A DNA stretch of 64,000 nucleotides from Squalus acanthias. Its lineage: Eukaryota. Within the stretch, counting starts at the first letter, position 1. Every line of letters begins with the position of its first letter. Location of the stretch: NCBI GenBank assembly GCA_030390025.1, contig CM059426.1, positions 206,274,001 through 206,338,000 on the forward strand, given 5' to 3'. This document shows, piece after piece, positions 1 through 11,729 of the stretch. The notes beneath the pieces are model-generated. The model was given only the letters and a program-made list of their open reading frames with translations, did no database searches and was not told where the DNA came from. A program made the translations under genes and the position numbers.

Positions 1-409
1 AAATGGAGTAAGCAACAGCTTCTGCTCTTGGAAAGTGAACAGCTGTGAGGTGGGAGCTTTTATAGTACATTTCAAGCTGTCAACTAATCAGCTGATTCAA
101 TGGCTATTCAACTCCCGCCTCAGGTTAACAGACGTGGTCCACGAGTAGCGTGGACCCCTGTGGGCGAGCAGTTAAAGTTAAAAGGTAAGGTTAAAACCAT
201 TATTAAGTGTCTGTCAACAAGCCAATAATTGCTTTAATTGGGTCGCCCGCCTCTGCGGGTCGGGTCCGATCCGAGATCACAGACGCGCCATTGGGAAAGG
301 TGCATTGCGGCGGGTTGACAGCGGGTCCCTGACCCGCTGTCAAAAAAATCAAATTTCCCGCCCGACCCGCCACCGATCCCACGCGCTGACCCCCTGGAAA
401 ATTCCAGCC
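1..409. mobile_element. Terminal part of a PIF/Harbinger-type non-autonomous element (runs off the window start)
   Basis: Ends in GAAAATTCCAGCC, the reverse complement of the GGCTGGAATTTT terminus at 24259. It has a subterminal palindrome TTGACAGCGGGTC-cct-GACCCGCTGTCAA (315-343), also seen at ~23088 and ~24325. Confidence 0.7.
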
Positions 410-1238
410 AATGTAACTGATACAGTTTCTGTTAAACTCTGGGCCTAGGAATTTCATGCAAATATGTCAAACGTTCTTCCAGTAATATTGAACAGAAATT
501 CCTAGACAGTGGTGCCAATATTTCTGACAATAAATTGTGCTCAGTTATAATCCTAAATCACTGCAAATAAAGAAGTACATTCAGATTGTCATTAACCTAG
601 CTGTGTGTGTTTTCTTTTAGCAGCGACTTAAGGTTGAAACTGCTACATGATTACATAGAATATAATTAGAAAAGAAAATCTGTCTGCCTGTTGGAAGACA
701 GTCTCCGAATATTTATGGAATTAATATAACAAAGCGTTCTTGGCTGTTCCGTATTATTCAAGGATTAGTTCTACAATTGCACCTTTAAATAGACTCTGAT
801 TGTCAAGGCTTGTAGTGGATTAGTCGTCACTCTCGGTTCAGTTAGCCTGATTTGTGAAATAAAAAGCTTGTGTTATTCCCCCTTCGGGGAATAGTCAGCG
901 ATGACTGAGAAATTTGGTGAAAGTGAAGAGATAGCGACTGAACCACTTTAGACTCTCTTTGGTGCCAAAATGTAAGAGGAACTTTTGATGTAGCGGTTTT
1001 ATTCATCCCGCATTTAATCTGAACCCAAAGGAATGCTCAAGTCTGCGAATGATTTGTTGCAGTTCACTTTCAAACACTGTCTAGGACTCGCTGTCAAGTG
1101 TGGTGAAGTATGCAAGTGGATATGTTTGGGGGAAACGGCAGTTTATTTTTCCACAACGACAGAAAGATTTTGGACTATCCCAGAAATGTAAATTATGAGG
1201 GTTTACACCAGCCGAATCATAGCAAAGAGCGAAACAAT

Positions 1239-3263
1239 GGTCCGGAATTTGCGGTCGGGATTATGACGAACTGGCAGCGTTCGCCATCTTTCTGCCTTTG
1301 AAACTGACCGTAACTTCGGGCTCTGGCTTTGCAAACTACCGTCCCATCTCCAAGCTCCCCTTCCTCTCCAAAGTCCTTGAACGTGTTGTCGCCTCTCAAA
1401 TCCGAGCCCGTGCTTCCCGTATCTCCGTGTTTGAATCCCTCCAATCAGGTTTCCGCCCCTGCCACAGTACCGAAACAGCTCTCACCTACAACGGCTTCTC
1501 TTCCCGCTCCCGCATCATTACCTCTGGTGTCCCCCAAGGATCTATCCTTGGCCCCCTCCTATTTCTCATCTACATGCTGCCCCTTGGCGACATCATCCTA
1601 AAACACAATGTCAGTTTCCACATGTACACTGATGTCACCCAGCTCTACCTCACTACCTCTTCTCGCGACCCCTCCATGGTCTCTAAATTGTCAGACTGCT
1701 TGTCCGACATCCAGTTCTGGATGAGCAGAAATTTTCTCCAATTAGATATTGGGAAGACCGAAGCCATTGTTTTCGGTCCCCGCCACAAACTCCGTTCCCA
1801 AGCCACTGACTCCATCCCTCTCCCTAACATCTGTCTGAGGCGGAACCTTAGTGTCATATTTGACCCTGAAATGAGCTTCTGACCATATATCCGCAGCATA
1901 ACTAAGACCGCCGATTTCCACCTCCATAACATCGCCCGTCTCTACCCTTGCATCAGCTCATCCGTTGCTGAAACCCTTATCCATGCCTATGTTACCTCTA
2001 GACTTGACTATTCCAACGCACTCCTCGCTAGCTTCCCACGTTCTACCCTACGTAAACTTGAGGTGATCCAAAACTCGGCTGCCCCGTGTCCTAACTCGTA
2101 CCAAGTCCTGTTCACCCATCACCCCTGTGCTCGCTGACCTACATTGGCTCCTGGTTAAGCAACGCCTCGATTTCAAAATTCCCATCCTTGTTTTCAAATA
2201 CCTCCATGGCCTCGCCCCTCCCTATCTCCATAACCTCCTCCAGCCCGACAACCCCCCAAGATATCTGCGCTCCTCTAATTCTGCCCTCTTGAGCATCCCT
2301 GATTATAATCACTCAACCATTGGTGGCCATGCCTTCTGTTGCCTAGGCCCTAAGCTCTGAAATTCCCTCTCTAAACCTCTCTGCCTCGCTACCTCTCTTT
2401 CCTCCTTTAAGACACTCCTTAAAACCTACCTCTTTGACCAAGCTTTTGGTCACCTGCCCTAATTTCTCCTCATGTGACTCGGTGTCAAATTTTTTGTCTT
2501 ATAATACTCCTGTGCAGCGCCTTGGGAGGTTTTACTACGTTAAAGGCGCTATATAAATACAAGTTGTTGTTGATTTTGCGCAGACGCATGCGGAATTCCT
2601 GAAGTTGCGGTCTGTCATTGCCACACGCCCCGGCCCCCCAGTCCCCCACCCCGCCACAGAGCCGACAATCAGTGTAATCACCCAAATCATTGCAACTGAT
2701 GAAAACTTTGGCTTTGATGGAGTAACTTTGCTGTTAAAGATCCCACTAAAAGTTAGACCCAAAGGGATCAGCTGTAACTAGGGTTTTAACAGCGTGTTGA
2801 CTGCTAAACAAAGGTAATGGCCCCGAAAGGCTAATTTTAATTTTGTGCAGTGTCAAATTTGTCCATTTTAATAAAAAATAAAATTTTTAAGAAAGTTCAA
2901 AAATAATTTTTGAATTTTTAAAAAAGTTTGTTTATCTTTATTTAGGTTTGCCTTTTCCCCGTATGAGAGTCCCAATCTTTGTTTTGCTCCCTATAACATT
3001 TTTTAAAAATTAAGAATTTTAAGGGTTGACTCACTTCCTTGTTCGCTGTCTGTGAACATTCTGCGCTGTGATTGGCTGCTTCGGCAGCCTGTTGATGTCA
3101 CAGCAGCTCGCACAAGGGAATCCCCATTAACCTCCGTTGATTTGAACTGAACGTCGGAAAACCCAAAGTTCTCGACACAGGGATCGTGAGATCCTTGTAC
3201 GAAGCGTACTTCGGGGCCAGCGGCGATTGCCTTCGCTTTGCCGCTGACCGCAAATTCCGGACC
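1239..3263. mobile_element. Harbinger-like MITE with a nested L2
   Basis: 18-bp TIR GGTCCGGAATTTGCGGTC / GACCGCAAATTCCGGACC; 3-bp TSD AAT (1236-1238, 3264-3266); AT-rich core. Confidence 0.8.
1321..2572 (+). mobile_element. L2-clade LINE, 5'-truncated and internally deleted ORF2 (RT) plus 3' end
   Basis: ORF 1298-1882 has NYRPISKLPFLSKVLE, QSGFRP, GVPQGSILGPLLF and a decayed YADD (YTDV). LHWL motif in ORF 2127-2360. Tail GGCGCTATATAAATACAAG(TTG)n. Confidence 0.92.
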
Positions 3264-3389
3264 AATATTCGCAGTGGTTGTAAGGAGGGGAGTTGTTGCA
3301 AAGATCTACATTCTCCGATTAATCCTTTAAATAGCCTTATAGATGTTAAACGTTCATGTGCAAATTCTCAACAGACTGCCGTTGTGCTG

Positions 3390-4089
3390 TGGGCCCGCGT
3401 GGGATTCCGATCCTGGGCCTCCTCCAGCTGCCGGTGTGCAGTGCTTGCGTATCCCAGGGGTGCAGTTAGTTCGAAGTGTCCCCTGGGATCACGTGGGCCA
3501 TGGAGAGCCAATTGGAGCAAGGAATCTCCATTCATAGATTTTGACAGGAAGACCTGTCAAATCTATGAAGAGATCAGCCCCAAAACCTCACTTAAAATTT
3601 CAAATAAATTTTTTTAAAAATCACATTTTTAAAATAACTAGAAATTACATAAATTAACTACTTTAAACAAAAATTTAAATTTTTGAAAAAATTAATTACA
3701 CTTTTTAACGGTGCTAAAAATAAACTTACCTTTCTTTAAAGTATGTAAAAAAGATAAAGCTGTTGAAAAATTGTTTAAATTGTATTTAATTCACCACTTA
3801 CCTTGTTAAAAGCAGGCCTTGCGCCTCCTTTTTTCCCCACGCAGCTTCTCCGTACTTACCCTCACGGAGAAACCTGTAAAAAAAAAAAAAAAAAAAAAAA
3901 AACGGAAGTTCGCTGCGTGCGTGCTGCCTCTCCGGTGTACGCGGTTGATCCTCGAACCCCTTCTTTCACGAGACCGGAAGTTCCGGTTTCCCGTGCATGC
4001 GCAGTGCATGCGCGAAACCAGCACTTCCAGTGGCCCTACGGGTGAGTACCCAGCGCGTCCTCACCCGTGGAGACCCGAATTTCTGCCCC
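3390..4089 (-). mobile_element. Truncated Harbinger-like MITE, related to 46749-47414 and 39863-40070
   Basis: Shares the CCTGGGATCACGTGGGCC block and AT-rich core in inverse orientation to 46749-47414. Ends GAATTTCTGCCCC. Contains poly(A) at 3878-3902. Confidence 0.6.
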
Positions 4090-4291
4090 AGTATCTTTTA
4101 GGCCTTTGACTTGAAGCGAAGGAAAACAAACTATCATGAATACACATTTGACAGATGCTTGAGTAGGTTGTAGTGTGATGCCTTAGTGATAATTTGGATA
4201 AAGCATCATTGTGAAAGTGTTGAATCTTCCTAGTTAAATTCTGGATGATTTCTTACCCCTAAGTATTCAAAAGGGAAGCTATGAACACCAT

Positions 4292-4939
4292 GGCCTATAA
4301 TTTCAGCTGTGATGTCCCTGTTCTTCAGGCGCATTAGTGGCCTACTAAGCCCCAATTTTGCGGGAAGGCGGTGCACGCACATTTACGGCCAGATATACGC
4401 CGCCCGCCATTTTGAGAAAGGAAAACAAATAGGCGTCCAGAGCCTCCGGCTGAAACAGGTGTCAGGCCCTTTGCATATACAAATAAGGGGCCAAACGCTT
4501 GCCTGAGGCCCCCGCTTTGAGTGGTTTGCCCTGAGGCAACCAGCACCGACTGCACTCAGTAAAAACTGATCTTGGGACCACCCGCTGCCTACAAGGTAAG
4601 TTTTTCCACATTTACTTACATGAGTGTTCCTCCCTACCCCACATTTAAATAAAGCTCGCAGCTGCTCCTGACCCCACCGATTGCTGCTTCTCCCGACTCC
4701 CTCCGGCCTCCAATTCTGACCCCACATGCCTCGGTTCCTTCCCTCCCCTGGCTGCCGATCCTTCCCACCCCCCTCCCTCCCCCCAGCCACTTAGCTGAGG
4801 GCCGCTGCTAACTTCGCAGCGGCCCAGTTTTGGTCTTCTCTTCATCAACTGGCTGCTTACGCCACGCCGGCTCCTCCGAGGTGCCTTGGGCCTCACCATT
4901 CAGGCACAGGGCAGATGGGCGGGCCTGAATTTCTGGGCC
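4292..4939. mobile_element. Harbinger-like MITE
   Basis: Imperfect termini GGCCTATAATTTCAG / CTGAATTTCTGGGCC; TSD CAT (4289-4291, 4940-4942). Confidence 0.6.
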
Positions 4940-5139
4940 CATGTTCTTCCCAAATAGAATTAACCCAGGCAAGATTAATGACTCTGTCATGAAAGTGATG
5001 CAAGTCTTAGACAGGCTAAAAGAGTTCAAACACAATAAATCTAAAATTGAAGAGAAATGGACTGAACCTCTGGTGCCCATGTTGAAAAAGAGGCAACAAA
5101 TCGGAAATGGGCAGCAACAGCCCCAGCAGTATTACTTCA

Positions 5140-5688
5140 ACTGGAGTATTGTGTCCAATTCTGGGCACCGCACTTTAGGAAGGATGTGAAGGCCTTAGAG
5201 AGGGTGCAGAAAAGATTTACGAGAATGGTTCCAGGGATGAGGGTCTTCAGTTATGTGGCTAGACTGGAGAAGCTGGGATTGTTCTCCTTAGAGCAGAGAA
5301 GATTGAGAGGAGATGTGATAGAGGTATTCAAAATCATGAGGGGACTGGACAGAGTAGATAGAGAGAAACTGTTCCCGTTGGCTGAAGGGTCGAGAACCAG
5401 AGGACACAGATTTAAGGTGATTGGCAGAAGATCCAAAGGCGACATGAGGAAAAATGTTTTTACTCAGTGAGTGGTTAGGATCTGGAATGCACTGCCTGAG
5501 AGAGTGGTGGAGGCAGACTCAGTCATGGCTTTCAAAAGGGAGTTGGATAAGTACCTGAAGAAAAACAAATTGCAGGGCTACGGGGAAAGGGCGGGGGAGT
5601 GGGACTAGCTGAAGTGCTCTTTCAGAGAGCCGGCACGGGCTCGACGGGCCGAATAGCCTCCTTCTGTGCTGTAACCATTCTATGATTC
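5140..5688 (+). mobile_element. CR1 LINE 3' fragment
   Basis: ORF 5186-5470 LERVQKRFTRMVPG...LGLFSLEQRRLRGD...TRGH is the CR1 ORF2 C-terminus. 3' end GGGCCGAATAGCCTCCTTCTGTGCTGTAACCATTCTATGATTC. Confidence 0.92.
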
Positions 5689-5689
5689 A

Positions 5690-7050
5690 ATGGCGGGATA
5701 AAATAATGGAACCAATTATTAGGTGTAAACTTGCAGATTATTTATATAATATTATTCCAGGAAACATTAGCCCGTGTGGATTCAGAAGGGGAAGATCCTG
5801 CCAAACCAACCTCATTGACTTATTTGAGGAAGTGGCAGCCCAATTGGACTGTGGTAAACCTTATGTTGGGTTGTCCCTAAAGTTCCAGAAGGCATTTGGC
5901 AAAGTTCTACGTGAATGTCGATAAGTTAAACTCAATGCTCTGGGGATTTAGGGCAAAATTGGGTATGGAGTATATTGGTTGAAGGGCAGAGTTATGTTGG
6001 GGTGAGAGAAAGTACTGAGTGGGGTGTCCCTGGTATAAGTGATAGGACTGCACCACTACTATTTCCAATTGACTTGACCTCAACAACAACAACTTGTATT
6101 TATATAGCACCTTTAACGTAGCAAAATGTCCCAAGGTGCTTCACAGCAGTATTAAAAGATTTGACACCGAGCCACATAAGGAGATATTAGGGCAGGTGAC
6201 CAAAAGCTTGGTCAAAGAGGTAGGTTTTAAGGAGCGTCTTAAAGGAGGAAAGAGAGGTAGAGAGGCGGAGAGGTTTAGGGAGGGAATTCCAGAGCTTAGG
6301 GCCCAGGCAACAGAAGACACGGCCACTAAAGGTTGAGCGATTATAATCAGGGATCCTCAAGAGGGCAGAATTAGAGGAGCGCAGATATCTCGGGGGGTTG
6401 TGGGGCTGAAGGAGATTACAGAGATAGGGAGGGGTGAGGCCATGGAGGGATTTGAAAACAAGGACCAGAATTTTGAAATTGAGGCATTGCTTAACCGGGA
6501 GCCAATGTAGGTCAGCGAGCACAGGGGTGATGGATGAACGGGACTTGGTGTAAGTTAAGATACGGGCAACCGAGTTTTGGATAAACCTCAAGTTAACGGA
6601 GGGTAGAATGTGGGAGGCCAGCCAGGAGTGCGTTGGAATCGTCAAGTCTAGAGGTGACAAAGGCATGGATGAGGGTTTCAGCAGCGGATGAGCTGAGGCA
6701 AGGGCAGAGACGGCCGACGTTACGGAGGTGGAAATAGGCGGTCTTAGTGATGGCGCGGATATGTGGTCGGAAGCTCATTTCAGGCCTCGAACCCAATGAT
6801 ACTCGACCAGGACGGGCAGTCGTGTTCGAGAAGGCAGCTCAGAAACTGAAGACATATTGTGAGCTGGACACAATATGTAAGTGGGCAGAACAATGGCAGA
6901 TGAAATTTAATACAGATCAGTGAAAAGTAATGTAAAGAGGAAGGAAGAATGTGAAACATACATACTTCATGATTAGTATTGAAATAGCTAAAGATAAATT
7001 TGAAAAAGACCTAGGAATTAATAATTTAAGAATCAATTAACTCAATCAAT
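5690..7050 (+). mobile_element. Old degraded CR1 ORF2 fragments, interrupted by an L2
   Basis: GFRRGRSCQTNLIDLFEEV and FQKAFGKV in ORF 5682-5924. TGGGCAGAACAATGGCAGATGAAATTTAAT (WAEQWQMKFN) near 6882-6911. Confidence 0.65.
6081..6785 (-). mobile_element. L2 LINE 3' fragment
   Basis: ORFs 6187-6666 and 6593-6796 (TKTAYFHLRN, AFVTSRLD, ITPVLADLHWLPV); (CAA)n tail at 6081-6092. Confidence 0.92.
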
Positions 7051-7170
7051 TAAATGTCTCCCGTGAGGAGACTTCAGGGTCATCTGGATGGTTGAATTAA
7101 GGTGGGCTGGTTAATAAATATTTGAGAAGTCGCACAACACCAGGTTATAGTCCAACAGATTTATTTAATT

Positions 7171-7208
7171 TTACAAGCTTTCGGAGCTGTCGCTCCTTCG
7201 TCAGGTAA
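7171..7208 (-). ncRNA. Minimal type-I hammerhead ribozyme motif (PLE family A)
   Basis: Minus strand reads UUAC-CUGACGA-A-GGAGC-GACA-GCUCC-GAAA-GCUU-GUAA: catalytic core, 5-bp stem II, stem I UUAC/GUAA. Confidence 0.8.
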
Positions 7209-7736
7209 GTTAGCAATGAGAGAATCTCCCAGAATTCACAATTTAAACCCAGACAAAATCTATTCACATTATTCGCTACAACAAAGAGCACAGCCAAGAC
7301 AATGAGGCAGGAGGGTTGCCTCCCAGTCGGGGAACACTTCAGCAGCCAGGGGCATTCAGCCTCGGATCTGCGGGTAAGCGTTCTCCAAGGCGGCCTTCGA
7401 GATACACGACAGCGCAAAATCATAGAGCAGAAACTGATAGCCAAGTTCCGCACTCATGAGGATGGCCTCAATCGCGATATCGGGTTCATGTCACGATACA
7501 GAACGTGACTTGACATCATGGCCGGTCTTCCCAGGTGTTTTTTTTTGTTTTTTTTTTAAAAAGGCTAACACAAGAACACAAATTGACAGGATATGCAGCC
7601 AGCAGGTGGTTTGACACGTTGGACCCCCTGGGACACATCTCATTGTCTTGGCTGTGCTCTTTGTTGTAGCGAATAATGTGAATAGATTTTGTCTGGGTTT
7701 AAATTGTGAATTCTGGGAGATTCTCTCATTGCTAAC

Positions 7737-7774
7737 TTACCTGACGAAGGAGCGACAGCTCCGAAAGCTTGTAA
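7737..7774 (+). ncRNA. Minimal type-I hammerhead ribozyme motif (PLE family A)
   Basis: TTAC-CTGACGA-A-GGAGC-GACA-GCTCC-GAAA-GCTT-GTAA. Palindromic AGCU stem III; predicted cleavage after 7770. Confidence 0.82.
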
Positions 7775-8439
7775 AATTAAATAAATCTGTTGGACTATAA
7801 CCTGGTGTTGTGCGACTTCTCATTTTTGTCCACCCCAGTCCAACGCCGGCATCTCCACATCATAATAAATATTTGTAATTGTTTTGTGATCTTGTGAAAT
7901 GTGAACTCAGTGGCTAAGCTATTCCTTCTTGTTGGAGGCAAGAAGCCAGAGCCACACTTGGCGGGGGGGGGGGGGGGGGCAGGAGACAAATGTTTTCAAG
8001 TTGAATTGGAAAATAGATTCAATTCCCTGAATAAATGCAAAAATAATACAATAATACATTTCTTTAACTTCCTGAGATTGTGTTCTTGAATTTAATTAGA
8101 TCAGTATTGGTCATGATCTAATACTGCCAGTTTTCATGATGCAGTTTGATATGATGTCTATTTCCATTCTCTGTAAAACGCATATGTAAGAAGATAGCGG
8201 GGGGGGGGGAGACACTGTGATAAGAAAGGGATGATGAAAGACCTGATGGCTATCCCTGCACACTTAACACGCTTTACCTTCAGCAAAGCAACAATGACCA
8301 CTACAAATAACAGTACGTGCCACTGAATAATCTGTCGCACAAATCAATTGATTTTTTTTGTTTTGTTTTGCAGGGTAGCTCGCTGTATTTTCACACACAG
8401 AATACTATATTGTTAGTTATGCTTCAGCACACACATCAA

Positions 8440-8897
8440 GTACCCGGTACCAAGGATGAGGAACTTCAGTTGTGTGGAGAGACTGGAGGAGCTGGGATTG
8501 CTGTCCTTCGAGCAGAGAAGGTTCAGGGGAGATTTAATTGAGGTTTTCAAATTGAGGAGGGGTTTTGATAAGAGTAGTTAGGGAGAAACTGCTTCCAGTG
8601 GCAGGAGGGTCGGTAACCAGAGGATATAGATTTAAGGTAATTGGCAAAAGAACCAGAGGGGGAGATGAGGAGAATGTTTCTTTACGCAGAGTGACCTGGA
8701 ATGCGCTGCCTGAAAGGGCGGTGGAAGCAGATTCAATAGTAACTTTCAAAATGGAATTGGATAAATATTTGAAGAGGAAAAAATTTGCAGGGCTGTGGGG
8801 TAAGAGCAGAGGAGTGGGACTAATTGGGCAGCTCTTTCAAAGAGCCAGAACGGGCACGAATGGGCCGAATGGCCTCATTCTGTGCTGTATGATTCTA
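8440..8897 (+). mobile_element. CR1 LINE 3' fragment
   Basis: TRGYRFKVIGKR, WNALPERAVEADS and FKMELDKYL in ORF 8565-8915; CR1 3' end CTGTGCTGTATGATTCT. Confidence 0.88.
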
Positions 8898-9924
8898 AAC
8901 ACTATCCTCTTTTAAGCATTCCCGGAGTTGAATGCCAGAAGGCAAATTTACCAATAATAGTTGGCTTATGAAACTTGCATTGATAATGATCAATTGCTGG
9001 TTGGAACATACAATTACCGATATCTGATTAATGACACGGAGGGGAGTGCTGCTTTTTGCTCAACATAAAAATCTATAGTATAGATATTCCTTGAAATCCC
9101 AAATTACATATACCATCAACAGCATTATAACCAGTGACTATGCCAGTAACTTCCTTCAACAGCACAAAAATCCCACCCGTACATGCTTTCCAGAACAGAA
9201 AATCACTGTAGCATTGTGCAATGCCATTATTTTGAATTAACAATTTAACCTTGGAGTTCAGATGTCTGAGTTTCTCTCATATGGCTTAGGACACCATCTA
9301 AATCCAATGATTAGTTTAATATCTTGTCTCCCCAAGTGGTATCTGGTTGCTTATATTATTTATTTTTCTTCACTGCTGCACCATTTTCTGTTTTCTGTGT
9401 CGTTCCTGTCTAGCACTATGATGCGCAGTTACGCTAGTTATATAAATCTGTAAGTTTAGCAGAATGCGCCCTTGAATTTTTGATCAGGTAACTGCATCAT
9501 TTAAAATCCTGAGGCACTGCACTCTTGCAGACGTTAAACATATATATATATAATTGTGAAGCACAAGGTCTGTCTATGTGGGTGTGCAGTGTGATGAGAT
9601 TGTGTGCAGGGAGTCAGCATTCAGCAGCAGCAGTGTTAGGGGTGGGGGTGTGTGGGGAGAAGTGGGTAGGACAGCTCATTCAGAGGCTGATACCAGATAG
9701 ATCGATTAATGATCAATCTCTCTGGCAGTGTGATGAGGAGCTGGACTGGGATCAGTAAAGCACGACTCCCTGTGGCTCTCTGGCCTGGGCCGATCGTGAT
9801 TGGCAATAATTGTTATTGTAACTATATTATTCTCAGCCATTGGGAAAGCTAGCAGAGAATTCAGTCTGCTGAAAAACTACAACAAGTTTTTAAAAAGTCC
9901 GCAATCAGCTGTTTTGTATCTTGG

Positions 9925-11013
9925 AGGGGCGGGGGTTGAAATGTGGGGCAGTGTGACGGTGGGAGGGGGGGGGGTGGTGGGGGATGGGGGGGGACAGTGT
10001 GACGGTGGGGGGGGGGGCGGGGGTTGTGGTGCACAGTGTGACAGTGGGAGGGGCGGGGGTTGGGAGGCAGTGTGACGGTGGGAGGGGCGGGGGTTGGGGG
10101 GGGAGTGTGACGGTGAGAGGGGCGGGGGTTGGGGGGGAGTGTGACAGTGGGAGGGGCGGGAGTTGGAGGGGCGGGGGTTGGGGGGGCAGTGTGACGGTGG
10201 GAGGGGCGGGGGTTGGGGGCAGTGTGACGGTGGGAGGGGCGGGGGTTGGGGGGGAGTGTGACAGTGGGAGGGGCAGGAGTTGGGGGGGGCGGTGGGAGGG
10301 GCGGGGGTTGGGGGGGCAGTGTGACGGTGGGAGGGGCGGGGGTTGGGGGGAGTGTGACGGTGGGAGGGGCGGGGGTTGGGGGGAATGTGACGGTGGGAGG
10401 GGCGGGGGTTGGGGGCAGTGTGACGGTGGGAGGGGCGGGGGTTGGGGGGCAGTGTGACGGTGGGAGGGGCGGGGGTTGGGGGGCAGTGTGACGGTGGGAG
10501 GGGCGGGGGTTGGGGGGCAGTGTGACGGTGGGAGGGGCGGGGGTTGGGGGGCAGTGTGACGGTGGGAGGGGCGGGGGTTGGGGGGAGTGTGACGGTGGGA
10601 GGGGCGGGGGTTGGGGGGCAGTGTGACGGTGGGAGGGGCGGGGGTTGGGGGGCAGTGTGACGGTGAGAGGGGCGGGGGTTGGGGGGCAGTGTGACGGTGG
10701 GGGAGGGGCGGGGGTTGGGGGCAGTGTGACGGTGGGGGGGGCGGGGGTTGGGGGGGGAGTGGGACGGTGGGAGGGGTGGGGGTTGGGGGGCAGTGTGACG
10801 ATGGGAGGGGCGGGGGTTGGGGGGCAGTGTGACGGTGGGAGGGGCGGGTGTTGGGGGGCAGTGTGACGGTGGGAGGGGTGGAGGGGAGTGTGACGGTGGG
10901 AGGGGTGGGGGTTGGGGGGAGTGTGACGGTGGGGGAGGAGCGGGGGTTGGGGGAGGAGTGTGACGGTGGGACGGGCGGGGGTTGGGGGGGCGGTGGGAGG
11001 GGTGGGGGGGGGG
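9925..11013 (+). repeat. G-rich minisatellite, ~30-33 bp unit (GGGCAGTGTGACGGTGGGAGGGGCGGGGGTTGG)
   Basis: About 30 or more tandem units visible. It explains the Pro-rich and Gly-rich ORFs in the track. Confidence 0.95.
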
Positions 11014-11077
11014 AGTCCTCACTCTTCACTGGGCAGGAAATAGGAGGGAAAAAATGATGCAAGAGAGAAATAGGAGT

Positions 11078-11315
11078 GAAAGAACTCGCATTTATATCGC
11101 ATCTCTATGACCTCAGGACATTTCAAAGCGCTTCACAGCAAATGAAGTACTTTTGAAGGGTACTCACCCTTGCATTGTAGGGAAACACGGCAGGCAATTT
11201 GTACACAGCAAGGTCCCACAAACAGCAATGAGAGAAATGATTAGATGATCTGTTTGTGACGTTGGTTGAAAAATAAGTGTTGTCCGGGAGGCCGGGAGAT
11301 CTCCCCTGTTGCTCT
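11078..11315 (-). mobile_element. Deu-type SINE 3' fragment (degraded)
   Basis: Reverse complement of the 3' half of the SINE at 18155-18620. Confidence 0.75.
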
Positions 11316-11575
11316 TGAAATAGAGAAAGAGAAGGAAAAAAAAAGTAAGGAAGTGGAGGAGAAAAAGGGAAAGTGAAAAGGCGAAATGAAGTGAGAGAGT
11401 GGGAGAGAAAAGAAGACTGGGGAGGGCGTGAAGTGGAGGACAGCGAGAGAAAGAGTAAACAATAGCGAAGGAGGAGAGGGAAAGTGTGAAACAAATGAAG
11501 GAAGGCCAAAAAGAAGAGCAACAGAAATAAAGAAGGGCAAAAGAGTGAGAAAGAGACGTGAAGAAAAAGAGAGCT
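11316..11575 (+). repeat. Purine-rich low-complexity tract
   Basis: Almost exclusively A/G. Confidence 0.8.
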
Positions 11576-11729
11576 TTTTTATTTACTGACTTACCAGTAC
11601 CAGTATACCTAGCTCGATGGGCACGAGGGGCTCTGAGAATTTATTGGTAGAGCCCAGCCTGAAGAAGTTTGAGAACCATAGAGGGTATCATCAGAGCTCG
11701 CCCAACATCTCAGTGGTGTGGTAGTGAGA

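Larger units (their letters stand above)
7123..7863 (+). mobile_element. Penelope-like element, family A: inverted pLTR + GIY-YIG C-terminal remnant + pLTR with tail
   Basis: 184-bp inverted arms at 7123-7306 and 7639-7822. ORF 7302-7508 (PVGEHFS..GHS..DLRVSVL..RKIIEQKLI..F.T..GLN) is the PLE endonuclease end. Flanking duplication TAATAAATATTTG (7112-7124, 7863-7875). Confidence 0.88.

Noticed and set aside
621-670. Acceptor-like TTTCTTTTAG
   Set aside because: Early stops in all frames and no clear donor.
9925-11013. Possible CRISPR-like repeat-spacer array
   Set aside because: No unique spacers, no cas genes, eukaryotic context.
9877-11062. 381-385 aa Pro-rich ORFs (extensin-like) and Gly-rich plus-strand ORFs
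   Set aside because: Artefacts of a stop-free minisatellite; unit length varies without respecting frame.
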